Part shown: positions 27,673 through 37,108 of the stretch, in pieces
How the letters are laid out: each line of letters begins with the position of its first letter
Position numbering within the stretch: position 1 is the stretch's first letter
IMG/VR virus record: IMGVR_UViG_3300045988_097708
Span: 1-64,000 of that record
Strand: one strand, 5' to 3'
DNA length: 64,000 nucleotides
Origin: a virus
Notes under the pieces: generated by a model
What the model was told of the DNA's origin: nothing
The model's input: only the letters and a program-made list of their open reading frames with translations
Databases searched by the model: none
Position numbers and translations under genes: made by a program

Positions 27673-27876
27673 ATGAGCAGCAAAAAAAGACACATCCTGG
27701 TATTCAAGGACGGCAGAGAGATCCCTGTTACGGGGATCACGGGCCGTTACTATGTGACAAGGGAGAGCCAGTGGTGCAAGAATAATCCCGCCATCAAGGG
27801 CCTGCGTCCCGCCACGGAGGAGGAATGCGATGCTATGACGGCGCGGGAGGACCGGAAAAAGCGCGGAAGCCGATAG
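27673..27876 (+). CDS. hypothetical protein
   Basis: ORF track, GAGGAGAG RBS. Confidence 0.5.
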   Translation: MSSKKRHILVFKDGREIPVTGITGRYYVTRESQWCKNNPAIKGLRPATEEECDAMTAREDRKKRGSR

Positions 27877-27890
27877 GCAGAGGAGCAACT

Positions 27891-29156
27891 ATGACCCAGC
27901 AGGAAAAATATCTCGCCTATCTGGAGGCGCTAAAAAAGCCGTTTCAAAAGCGGTGCAGGCTTCGCTTTCTCAACCCCGACGGCAGCACGGCATTTTTCGT
28001 GGATGATTCCCCCACAAATCCACAAAGCGGTGCTTTCATCGAAAGCGGCACGCTGACGGTAAATTTGCAGAACGGAGTGCGGCGGACAGCGGAGGTGACG
28101 CTGGCTAACGCAGACGGTGCTTTCGATTACAACGTAAATCACCTGTGGTTCGGGCAGGAGGTGGCGCTGGACGAGGGGCTGGTGCTGCCAAGCGGAGAAG
28201 ACTACTACATCCAGCAGGGCGTTTTTTTGCTGGAAAAGCCGGTGGAGACGGTGAAGCCAGGGGAACGCACCATCTCCTACAGCCTGACGGACAAGTGGGC
28301 CAATCTGGACGGGACGTTGTGGGGGAATCTGGACGGCGTTTACCGGGGACAACTGAACGTGAACATCTTTCAGCAGATCACGGCGCTTTTGTCCCACGAC
28401 AGGGGAAACGGGCAGAAGGTGGACCCCATACCGCCGGTATATACCGATTTTTATGTGAGGCTCACGCAGACGCTGCCGGATGGTACGACAGTCCCAATCC
28501 TGAACGCACCTTATACGCTGGAGGTGGAGCCCGGGAGCGGGACCTACGCCGGCGTGATACTGGGGTTTGCCGAGATGCTGAATGCGTGGGTGGGCTACGA
28601 TGCCACGGGACGCCTGCGCCTCGACCCCAGTCAGGCCGATCTGCTGGACAGCGAGAAGGCAGTGAGTTATTCCTTCTCCATGAACGAGACGGAGCTGCTG
28701 GGCATGACATACACCATTGAAAATACAGAGGTGTACAACGACTACATCGTGATGGGCGCGGCGCTGGACGACAACAGCCAGCCAGGGGCGCGAGCCACCA
28801 ATGAGGACCCCATGAGCAGCACGAATGTGAAGATCATCGGTAGGAAGACCATCTGGACGGATGAGGACGGGTACGCTACCCAGACCCAGTGCGCCGACAG
28901 GGCGGAGTGGGAGCTGAAGCGGGCCACGGTCCTGCAAAAGAGCGTGGACGTTTCCTGCTCGCAGATATTCCATTTGGAGGAGAATACTCTAATTGAGCTG
29001 GTGCGAAGCGACAAGGAGGGTTCCCCCACGGAGCGGCATCTGGTAATGGGGTTCAGTCGCCCGCTGGCATCCACGGGGGCTATGACCGTATCGGCGGTAA
29101 GCGTGGCGGATTTCCCCATTGCCACGGTGACGGTGTGGCCGCTGAAAAACAGCTGA
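27891..29156 (+). CDS. distal tail / baseplate protein
   Basis: First large ORF after the TMP; GGCAGAGGAG RBS; assigned by position. Confidence 0.55.
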   Translation: MTQQEKYLAYLEALKKPFQKRCRLRFLNPDGSTAFFVDDSPTNPQSGAFIESGTLTVNLQNGVRRTAEVTLANADGAFDYNVNHLWFGQEVALDEGLVLPSGEDYYIQQGVFLLEKPVETVKPGERTISYSLTDKWANLDGTLWGNLDGVYRGQLNVNIFQQITALLSHDRGNGQKVDPIPPVYTDFYVRLTQTLPDGTTVPILNAPYTLEVEPGSGTYAGVILGFAEMLNAWVGYDATGRLRLDPSQADLLDSEKAVSYSFSMNETELLGMTYTIENTEVYNDYIVMGAALDDNSQPGARATNEDPMSSTNVKIIGRKTIWTDEDGYATQTQCADRAEWELKRATVLQKSVDVSCSQIFHLEENTLIELVRSDKEGSPTERHLVMGFSRPLASTGAMTVSAVSVADFPIATVTVWPLKNS

Positions 29157-29174
29157 GAGAGGAGGGAGAAGACG

Positions 29175-31880
29175 ATGGCACTTTTTTTGCCGTCCAACAT
29201 CACGCCGTCTACGCTGGGACCGCTGGGAAACGGAACGGTGGACGCGCGGTTCGATTTGAAGGTCTCGTGGCAGGTCAACGGGCAGAGCGCCATGACAAAG
29301 TACCAGATCGACATTCTGGGAATGAACACGGGAACCTATGTGTTGCTGAGCAGTGGGGTCCGGACAGATAACTGTCCCTTTTACGGGAAGGACGAAAACG
29401 GAAACATTCAATTCTTCTCCTACACATTTGAAAAGGATTTGCTGCTATCAGCTGGCATTATCAACGGCGGGACGTATAAACTGCGTATTACCTCGTGGTG
29501 GTCGGAGACGGACAGCATCGTGCAGTGGTCTCCTGTGGTGTTTTTCTGCAAGGATGCGCCGGAACTGACGATCAACGAGTTTCCTGAAATCATTCGGGAG
29601 AAAACGTACCGATGGACGGCGACCTATAACCAGGCGCAGGGGGATACCGTCATGTGGGTGCGGTGGATGCTGGCACAGGACGGAAATTTCGACACGCCGG
29701 TTTACGATTCCGGCGAGATCGTCACGGCGCAGCTGGCACTGGACTACAACGGCCTTTTTGACGGCGCTGCCTACGCGGTGCGGTGCATGGTGGAGACGGA
29801 AAGCGGCGTCAAGGCAGATACCGGCTGGAAGGAATTTACCGTGCAGTACGACACAACGGCTTATGACGGGCTGGCCAGCGCCGCGGTGGACAAAAAGAAC
29901 AGCGCCGTGCTGGTCCGGTGGCCGGCGGCGGTGGAAATACAGGGAAAGGCAAGCGGGCCTTACACCATCCAGGAGGAAACGCTGTATCTGCCGCAGGGGT
30001 CCGGCGTTTTGTGGGATTCCAGAGACGGTGCTGCCGGTGGGCTTGGCCTTACGCCCACATGGGCGGTGACGTGGCGGGGCAATGTCAGCGGTGAAAACTG
30101 GTCGCCGGTGCAGGTCTCCGGAAAAAACGGGAGGAAACAAAGCATTACATTCTCCCTGACGATACCGGAGGAGGCGAGAGCGTATACCGCATACGAGGGA
30201 GCACAATTCACGATTTCCCACGCGGTATACGGAACCGATGCTTCGGAAACAAAGGGGAGCGTCACCTATCAGGACAGCGACGGCACGGAAAGGACCTATG
30301 TATGGGGCGCATATACGCCGCCCAGTAGTCCGCCGAGGTATCTGAACGTGACGCTTGTGGACTCGGTATCGCTGGTGGGCGCTCAGACGTGCCGTTACCT
30401 GTGGGTCACAAACGGAATCCCAGACAGCTTCGACCAGCCGCAGTTCGGAGAGAACACCTATCTGTTGGCTAATTTCCGCAGCGGTTTGGGCGCAGGAACC
30501 ATTGAAACCTCCGTGGCGGTGGAGAGCTGGGAGATTTATCGCAGGGACACCGAGACGGAGGAATATCGCAAGGTAGCGGCGGTGCCGGCGGAAGAACTGC
30601 GGTTCTGGGATTGCAGCGCCGTTTCGCAGGCCAACTATATCTACTACGTTTTCGGCGTGGGAGAAAATGTGTTTGCCACGTCCCCCATGCTCTCCAACGA
30701 GGTGAAGGTGTGCCTGTGGGACTGGACGATCCTCTCCTGCACGGCGGAGGAAAACGGCTACGCCGTGCAGGATATCTTCCGCTTTGGGCTGAACGTGTCC
30801 AGCGGCGGCGTGGAGAACAACAATGAGCCGAGTATCCTGAAGAATTTCACCCGCTATCCCACGGTACAGCTGGCACCGCAGAACTACCGGAGCGGCACGC
30901 TGTCGGCGTACATCGGGAAGATTAACGCAGCCTACGACTATGAGGATTCGCGGAAGGTGCGGGATGCGATCTACGCACTGAGCACCACGAAAAACACGCT
31001 GTTTTTGAAAAACCGAAAGGGCGATCTGATGCGTGTGCGGATCGCGGGACCGATCACCATGACCACCAAAGACAATACCAGGGAGCAGGCGCAGGTGGCG
31101 TCTGTGCCGTGGATCGAGGTGGGCGGAACAGACCGCGAGCCCATCATCATGCGAACCTCTGCGGAGGACGATGACGACGATGAGCAGGGGCATGGGGAAG
31201 CCTATGAACTGCTGACGCTAACGCAGAGTGCTAAGGGCATCGCGGCGGATGCCGCGGCGGGCATCGCGGCGAAGCAGATCGTGGTGCAGTCCTTGGCGGA
31301 GGGGATCGCCAGAGACGTTGGCGTGGGACAGGGAGACGGTGCGCTGGCGTTTCATACGTCGGCGGAGGGCAAGGCCATCATCGTGGAGAAGAATCTGATC
31401 TCCGAGCTGCTGACGCTGACATCCTCCGGAAACGCCGTACCGGTGGACGGCGGCGCATCCAAGGCGGGCGAGGCTCTGACGCTGACGCAGAATGCCGACG
31501 GCGTGGGCGCTGCCGCCGTACCGGACGCAGGCGGCGAAAAACTGACAGTGACCCAGAGCGGCGAGGGTATCGCGGTGGGGATTGTACCGGCGGAGGGCGG
31601 CGGAGAGGCCAGCTTTGCAGGCACCGGCGAGGGCGTTTCTGCCGCTGCGGGATACGGTGCAGCCGCGGAGCCGCTGGTACTGGAAAACAGAGCGGCACCG
31701 GCGGCGGCGACGCTGGAAGACGGTCTGGCGGCGATGGGGCTTCAGCTGGCGAGCCGTGCAGAGGCGGGGGCTTATTCGGGGCCTTCCGAGTGGGAATCCC
31801 CCGCGCAAAAGAATAACCTTCTGGATGTCAAGCAGGTGTACAGCGCCATACTAAACGGTGGGCTTTTGGAGGTGGAATGA
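29175..31880 (+). CDS. large tail-associated (baseplate hub/fibre) protein
   Basis: 901 aa, second gene after the TMP region; acidic run DDDDDE then Ala/Gly-rich LTLTQ repeats. Confidence 0.6.
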   Translation: MALFLPSNITPSTLGPLGNGTVDARFDLKVSWQVNGQSAMTKYQIDILGMNTGTYVLLSSGVRTDNCPFYGKDENGNIQFFSYTFEKDLLLSAGIINGGTYKLRITSWWSETDSIVQWSPVVFFCKDAPELTINEFPEIIREKTYRWTATYNQAQGDTVMWVRWMLAQDGNFDTPVYDSGEIVTAQLALDYNGLFDGAAYAVRCMVETESGVKADTGWKEFTVQYDTTAYDGLASAAVDKKNSAVLVRWPAAVEIQGKASGPYTIQEETLYLPQGSGVLWDSRDGAAGGLGLTPTWAVTWRGNVSGENWSPVQVSGKNGRKQSITFSLTIPEEARAYTAYEGAQFTISHAVYGTDASETKGSVTYQDSDGTERTYVWGAYTPPSSPPRYLNVTLVDSVSLVGAQTCRYLWVTNGIPDSFDQPQFGENTYLLANFRSGLGAGTIETSVAVESWEIYRRDTETEEYRKVAAVPAEELRFWDCSAVSQANYIYYVFGVGENVFATSPMLSNEVKVCLWDWTILSCTAEENGYAVQDIFRFGLNVSSGGVENNNEPSILKNFTRYPTVQLAPQNYRSGTLSAYIGKINAAYDYEDSRKVRDAIYALSTTKNTLFLKNRKGDLMRVRIAGPITMTTKDNTREQAQVASVPWIEVGGTDREPIIMRTSAEDDDDDEQGHGEAYELLTLTQSAKGIAADAAAGIAAKQIVVQSLAEGIARDVGVGQGDGALAFHTSAEGKAIIVEKNLISELLTLTSSGNAVPVDGGASKAGEALTLTQNADGVGAAAVPDAGGEKLTVTQSGEGIAVGIVPAEGGGEASFAGTGEGVSAAAGYGAAAEPLVLENRAAPAAATLEDGLAAMGLQLASRAEAGAYSGPSEWESPAQKNNLLDVKQVYSAILNGGLLEVE

Positions 31881-32564
31881 ATGAGTCTTGGAAGCAGCAT
31901 TGCGCTGAAAAACGAAAACGGTGTGGTGTATTACTATGAAAACGTCGGTATCATCCGGGTGCCGAACGCGATTTCTATCTCGCAGGGGCATCCCGAGTGG
32001 GGCACCAGATTTTACAACATCGGCGCAGGACAGGGCATCATTATCACCGTTTTTGGACGTCAGACGGAGAAGCCCTACGTAGACCCGCCTGTCCAGCCGG
32101 AGCCGGGGCCTGATTTTTTGTTTTTCAATGGCGTCGCAACGCAAGTAGTCAATCCGAGTTCATACGCTCCCACCGTTGTCAATATTTCGGATGATGTTAC
32201 CGCTGCGGGACGTGCTCTGGCAAAAAGCATGACGTATGAGAACGGTGTTTTGTCCTGGGATGGATTCTCTCAAAACGTTGACGGGACCTATTACTCCGCC
32301 CCGTACACGGTGGAGCTGGAAAACCATGCGGAAACGGAGAAAACCGTCAGCTTTTCGTGGTCCATCGAAGAAACAAACGGCGCTGGCGGCTATTTGCAGA
32401 TCAACGGCAAGAATATCGCGGCGGCGGGCGTCCTGAGCGGTACTTACAGCAAGGCGCTGGCGGCGGGGGAGATCCTCTATGTGACGGCGGTGACGGGGTA
32501 CGGCGGCCTGACAGGAGACCAGTCGGAAATTACCGTATCTCTGACGGATTTCGTGGTGACGTAA
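31881..32564 (+). CDS. hypothetical tail fibre-module protein
   Basis: ATG directly after the upstream stop. Confidence 0.55.
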   Translation: MSLGSSIALKNENGVVYYYENVGIIRVPNAISISQGHPEWGTRFYNIGAGQGIIITVFGRQTEKPYVDPPVQPEPGPDFLFFNGVATQVVNPSSYAPTVVNISDDVTAAGRALAKSMTYENGVLSWDGFSQNVDGTYYSAPYTVELENHAETEKTVSFSWSIEETNGAGGYLQINGKNIAAAGVLSGTYSKALAAGEILYVTAVTGYGGLTGDQSEITVSLTDFVVT

Positions 32565-32592
32565 AGCGCATAAGCGCAGAAAGGAGAAAAAC

Positions 32593-32928
32593 ATGAATGT
32601 GACACAGGACAAGGTATTTCTGAACACCGATGCGGCGGCAAAAAGCGAGGCTGTGTCGCTGGTGAGCGAGAGCGAACTGCTTCTCAACGTGCAGGGAACG
32701 GCAACTGCATTTTCGATGCAGGTGATGGGTGCAAACATCGCACCGAAGGTGGCGGACGCAAGCGGAACGGCGCTGGCGGTCATCAACATGACGGACTTTT
32801 CTGTGACGGATACCATCACAAAGCAGGGCCTCTACGCAGTTGCGCTGGACGGCGTACAAAGAGTTTGGCTCTCGCTGGATGGCGTGTCCGGCGGAAATGT
32901 GATTGCATACGGAAGGATGGGTGGCTGA
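32593..32928 (+). CDS. hypothetical protein
   Basis: AAAGGAGAAAAAC RBS. Confidence 0.55.
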   Translation: MNVTQDKVFLNTDAAAKSEAVSLVSESELLLNVQGTATAFSMQVMGANIAPKVADASGTALAVINMTDFSVTDTITKQGLYAVALDGVQRVWLSLDGVSGGNVIAYGRMGG

Positions 32929-32929
32929 A

Positions 32930-34213
32930 ATGAGCGTGGATATGATCGCCAGAGGGATGGCCGCCGCGGCGGCGAAAAGCGGAGGTGGGTCGCAGCTTCC
33001 CCCCTCCACCGCCGCTGACAACGGCAAGTTCCTGCTGGTGGACGATAGCGGAAACCCTGCGTGGGAGACGGTAAACGTAGCAGAGAAGTTCATCGTGAAC
33101 GTTACTGGTTCTGTTGAGACAGGTACACTTACATCTGACCATACATTTTCGGAGGTCGTTACGGCATATGAAAACGGAGCAGAAATCGAGTGCAGGGGAA
33201 CCTTTAATGAGTTTGCAGGAATAACTGCTATTTGTACACCGGTAGCCTATGTGGCGCAGACGGCCATTTTACTCAGTAGTGCGCTTGATTTTGGGCCGAT
33301 GGGAACAGACGGACTTTATCAGTTTACTATAACTGCAACAGCAGCGAACGAATGGACGCTAACAGTAAATAGGCTTGGACTCCAATCCGAAGTAACTTCC
33401 TTAGCAAACGAGGTAAGTGAGCTTAAAACTTCTGTTAAAGCGCTCACCAACAATTCCCAATCGTTGCAGACCCAGATATATTCAATTTTAGCAATGCTTG
33501 ACGCGACTATCGGCCACCAAATGGACGATAAGTACATCAAATTCAGTTCAGATACGCCGTTTACCATAAAAATAAGATACCTTCAATTATGGGATGGAAT
33601 CATGCAGACAAAAGCAGACAACTCTATTTCAAACTGGTACAGTTGGTCGGGGGAAGAGGTTCAGGCAGGAAATGTTGACGGAAAGTATATTTTGTATCTT
33701 AGAGGATTTGGCAATACTATCGGTTGCAATTATTTGGCAATTACAGGTTCAAACGTAGCGTGTTCAGGTAACGTAGAGACATTGCTTGATTATCTTGTAG
33801 TATATAATGGGGGCCACCCCATCATGGGAAGAAATGCATTCTCCAACTTGTTCTCTGAAAATGACGCTCTTGTTGCAGCCCCAGAACTTCCCGCAGTTAC
33901 GTTGTCAGAATGGTGCTATTCGGCTATGTTTAGTGATTGTCCAAAACTTACTACTCTTCCAGAACTTCCTGCAACTACATTGGCGGACCATTGTTATTCC
34001 TATATGTTCTCGGGTTGTTCGCTAATTAAACTATCCACAGTGCAAACAGATGCTTACAAAAATGCATATAGAATCCCTGCGAGCGGACTTGGAACGAGTG
34101 CTTCGGGTTGGAATTCCGATATGTTCGGAAACACTGGTGGCACATTTACTGGTGCCCCGAGTCTCAACACTACCTACTATACTTCCAACGAAATCGTAGG
34201 AGGAAATACATGA
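32930..34213 (+). CDS. receptor-binding tail fibre with C-terminal BspA-like leucine-rich repeats
   Basis: GC-rich N-terminus, then a low-GC body; repeats ELPAVTLSEWCYSAMFSDCPKLTTLPELPATTLADHCYSYMFSGCSLIKL. Confidence 0.6.
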   Translation: MSVDMIARGMAAAAAKSGGGSQLPPSTAADNGKFLLVDDSGNPAWETVNVAEKFIVNVTGSVETGTLTSDHTFSEVVTAYENGAEIECRGTFNEFAGITAICTPVAYVAQTAILLSSALDFGPMGTDGLYQFTITATAANEWTLTVNRLGLQSEVTSLANEVSELKTSVKALTNNSQSLQTQIYSILAMLDATIGHQMDDKYIKFSSDTPFTIKIRYLQLWDGIMQTKADNSISNWYSWSGEEVQAGNVDGKYILYLRGFGNTIGCNYLAITGSNVACSGNVETLLDYLVVYNGGHPIMGRNAFSNLFSENDALVAAPELPAVTLSEWCYSAMFSDCPKLTTLPELPATTLADHCYSYMFSGCSLIKLSTVQTDAYKNAYRIPASGLGTSASGWNSDMFGNTGGTFTGAPSLNTTYYTSNEIVGGNT

Positions 34214-34644
34214 GACGATTTTGCATCATTTTCGCCATCCTGTTGACCGTGGCGCTGCTGGCGTATAAGGTGCAGGAGCTGGCGACGCCGGTGACGCTGT
34301 CCGTGCCGTCCTGCGGCATCGAGGTGGAATGCGAGTATGTGGCGGGGAACAGCTCCGAGCGCTTGCAGGCGGTGGTGGACAAGCCACACACGGCGGCATG
34401 GCGGCCACCCTACCTCATGGATCATGCGGGGCAGGACTTCCGCGGTCTGTGGGACATCGCCGTGGGCGACGCGGTGGTGTTCGGCGACGTGCAGTATCGG
34501 TGCGCCTTCATCACCACGGGCTTCAGCGACAGGGGCATCTACACCGAAAGCGGCGAATTGCCGGAGGCGGATCTGTATCTGTGTACCTGCGTTCCCGATG
34601 GGCGGGAATGCGAAATTTATATCGTGGGCATCCACAAAACGTGA
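34210..34644 (+). CDS. membrane-anchored sortase-like protein
   Basis: N-terminal TM helix; DHAGQDFRGLWDIAVGDAVVF (His region), LYLCTC (resembles TLxTC), downstream Arg (GRECEIYIV). Confidence 0.45.
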   Translation: MRRFCIIFAILLTVALLAYKVQELATPVTLSVPSCGIEVECEYVAGNSSERLQAVVDKPHTAAWRPPYLMDHAGQDFRGLWDIAVGDAVVFGDVQYRCAFITTGFSDRGIYTESGELPEADLYLCTCVPDGRECEIYIVGIHKT

Positions 34645-34661
34645 AATGGAGGTAAATCAAA

Positions 34662-35135
34662 ATGTTGAGTACCAATGTGAGAAACCACATTCTGGAAGCA
34701 ATTTACGGTCGTTTCGGGGAAAGTGGCCGTGTCATCATCTCGACCAGCGACCGATGTTATTTGGGATTTTCCACAGCAACACCAACCATCAGTGCGGAGG
34801 GAGAGTGTACGGCGTTCCCCGAGCCCGCGGCCAGCACCGGCTATGTGCGGCTGGAGCTGCGAAACCCTGGCCTGCCTGACGCCTCCGCCGTTATGCCGGC
34901 GGCGGTGGACGGTGAGATCAAGAACAGCACCGCCAACCTGACCTTTGATGCACCCAACGACGGGCAAAGCTACGGCAAGGCTACTCACATCGGCATATTT
35001 GCGGAAAAGACAGGCGGCTTGCCCATCATGACCATTCAGCTGACCACCGAAGTGACGCTGGGGCTGAAGGCCACGCTGGTGCTGGAAAAAAACAAGCTGA
35101 CCACCGCTTTGACGGCGACGGACGCCACTGTGTGA
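34662..35135 (+). CDS. hypothetical tail fibre-associated protein
   Basis: ORF track; GGAGG RBS. Confidence 0.55.
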   Translation: MLSTNVRNHILEAIYGRFGESGRVIISTSDRCYLGFSTATPTISAEGECTAFPEPAASTGYVRLELRNPGLPDASAVMPAAVDGEIKNSTANLTFDAPNDGQSYGKATHIGIFAEKTGGLPIMTIQLTTEVTLGLKATLVLEKNKLTTALTATDATV

Positions 35136-36016
35136 AGCCTATGAGCAGCGTAGATCTTGGCAGAGTGGTGGGCGAGAGTGCCTATGAAACGGCGGTAAAG
35201 GCGGGGTACAGCGGGACAGAGGCGGCATTCGGCGCGGCGCTGACCGTGCCGCCGTGTAACCGAAACCTGCTGGACAACTGGTATTTTCTGCATCCGGTGA
35301 ATCCACGGGGTGTGCAGGGCACCATCATCCCCGGGGGACTGGCGGGCACACCGGTCATTTTCATCGACCGATGGAGACTCATCGGCTCGGCAGCTGTGAC
35401 GGAGGGCGGCGTGTCGCTGAACGGTACGCTGACCCAGACGCTGGAGCAGGCGGTGGGACAGGCCGTGACGGCCACGGTGCTGACGGAAAGCGGCATCGAC
35501 GAGCTCGTGCCGGTGTACGACGACAGCACGAGGACGCTGACCATCACCGCCACGGGGCAGACCATCCGCGCGGTGAAACTGGAGCTGGGGAGCGTGCAGA
35601 CGCTGGCCCATCAGGACGCAAGCGGCGCTTGGGTGCTGAACGAGATCCCCGACTACGGGCAGGAGCTGGCGCGGTGCCAGCGGTTCCGGTGCCTGTACAG
35701 GGCGCAGGGCGGCAGCGGCGTGACCAACAACGTGCTGCTGGGCGCGGGACTGGCCGTGACGAACACCACGGCCCGCGTGGTGCTGCACACTCCTGTGCCG
35801 CTGCGGGCGAAGCCCACCGTCCGCATGGCGGGGCTGGGCATCTGGTGCGGTGGACGGCACACGGCGGTGACGGCGGCGGAGGTGCTGTGGGGCGCGGCGG
35901 GGAACTGCGTGGCCTTGCAACTGACCTGCGAGAGCGGGGCGTTTATGCCGCAGACCCCCTGTATGCTGGAGTTCCTGACCGCTGACGGATGGCTGGACCT
36001 GTCGGCGGAGCTGTAA
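35132..36016 (+). CDS. tail fibre-like protein
   Basis: ORF track; start GTG 35132 or ATG 35141. Confidence 0.55.
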   Translation: MKPMSSVDLGRVVGESAYETAVKAGYSGTEAAFGAALTVPPCNRNLLDNWYFLHPVNPRGVQGTIIPGGLAGTPVIFIDRWRLIGSAAVTEGGVSLNGTLTQTLEQAVGQAVTATVLTESGIDELVPVYDDSTRTLTITATGQTIRAVKLELGSVQTLAHQDASGAWVLNEIPDYGQELARCQRFRCLYRAQGGSGVTNNVLLGAGLAVTNTTARVVLHTPVPLRAKPTVRMAGLGIWCGGRHTAVTAAEVLWGAAGNCVALQLTCESGAFMPQTPCMLEFLTADGWLDLSAEL

Positions 36017-36061
36017 GAACACACAAACGGACAGGCTCACTGAGCCGGAAAGGACAAGAAC

Positions 36062-36277
36062 ATGAAGCTGAACAACAAAGTCTATGACATCCTGAAGTGG
36101 ATCGTGATGATCGTGCTGCCCGCCATCAGCGCCCTGTATGTGGGGCTGGGCAGCATCTGGGGCTGGCCGTACATCGAGCAGGTGGCCGGCAGCATCTCCT
36201 GCGTCACGGTGTTCCTTGGCGCGCTGCTGGGCATCTCCACGGCCCAGTACAACAGGGGTGTGAAAGGCAATGGCTAA
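36062..36277 (+). CDS. holin (Dp-1-type)
   Basis: MKLNNKVYDILKWIVMIVLPAISALY...FLGALLGISTAQYN resembles the Dp-1 holin as I recall it; two TM helices; directly upstream of the endolysin. Confidence 0.75.
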   Translation: MKLNNKVYDILKWIVMIVLPAISALYVGLGSIWGWPYIEQVAGSISCVTVFLGALLGISTAQYNRGVKGNG

Positions 36278-37067
36278 GCGGGTATATCTGTCCCCCAGCG
36301 ACCAGCGCAGAAACACATACGCTGTTGGGGGCACCACAGAGGACGTGCAGTGCGGGCGCATCGCGGCGGCCTGCAAGGCGGCGCTGGAGCGCTCCGGCGT
36401 GGAGGTGATGGTCGGGCAGTACGACACCATGGCAAACCGCGTGGCCGAATCCAACCGGTTCAAGGCCGATCTGCACGTCCCCATCCACACCAATGCGGCC
36501 AACGGAAATGCCAGCGGCACACGGGTCTTCTGCTACAAAGAAGATCCAGCCAGCGCAGGCTACAGGGCCTGCAAGGCGGTTCTGGATATGCTGGGGCCTG
36601 TGACGCTCGGTGCGCCGGATCTGGTTCGCGCGAATCCCAGCCTGTTTGAGGTGAAGTACCCCGTCGCGCCGACGGTATATATCGAAGTGGATTTTCACGA
36701 TGTACCCCGTATCGCAGAGTGGATCATCGCCAACACAGTCCTCATCGGAGAGACCATCGCCGAGGGCCTGTGCAATGCGCTGGGCGTGGCGTTCGTCAGA
36801 GGCGAGCATACCCCCGAGCCTACGCCTGTGCAGGAGGAGACTGTGACGAAAGCAGTGCGGGTGCTGCGGCGCGGCATGGAGGGCGCGGACGTGAAGACCT
36901 TGCAGGCGGCGCTCATCGCCTATGGCTTTTCCTGCGGCGCGGCCGGTGCGGACGGAGACTTCGGCAGCGGCACCGAGGCGGCGCTGAAAAAGTTCCAGAC
37001 CAAGTACAATCTTGGGGCCGACGGTATCGCGGGCAACGGGACGTGGGGCAAACTGCTGGGCAAGTAA
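36270..37067 (+). CDS. endolysin: N-acetylmuramoyl-L-alanine amidase + PG_binding_1 domain
   Basis: Amidase_3-like N-terminus (YLSPSDQ..N, HVPIHTNA, E in YIEVDFHD); C-terminal GADVKTLQAALIAYGF..DGDFGSGTEAALKKFQ. Confidence 0.85.
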   Translation: MAKRVYLSPSDQRRNTYAVGGTTEDVQCGRIAAACKAALERSGVEVMVGQYDTMANRVAESNRFKADLHVPIHTNAANGNASGTRVFCYKEDPASAGYRACKAVLDMLGPVTLGAPDLVRANPSLFEVKYPVAPTVYIEVDFHDVPRIAEWIIANTVLIGETIAEGLCNALGVAFVRGEHTPEPTPVQEETVTKAVRVLRRGMEGADVKTLQAALIAYGFSCGAAGADGDFGSGTEAALKKFQTKYNLGADGIAGNGTWGKLLGK

Positions 37068-37076
37068 CGGATAAAA

Positions 37077-37107
37077 AAGGACACTCCCTTTCGCGGGGAG
37101 TGTCCTT
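37077..37107. terminator. bidirectional hairpin between endolysin and integrase (AAGGACACTCCC / GGGAGTGTCCTT)
   Basis: 12-bp perfect stem, A-run before and T-rich after; convergent genes on either side. Confidence 0.7.
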
Positions 37108-37108
37108 C

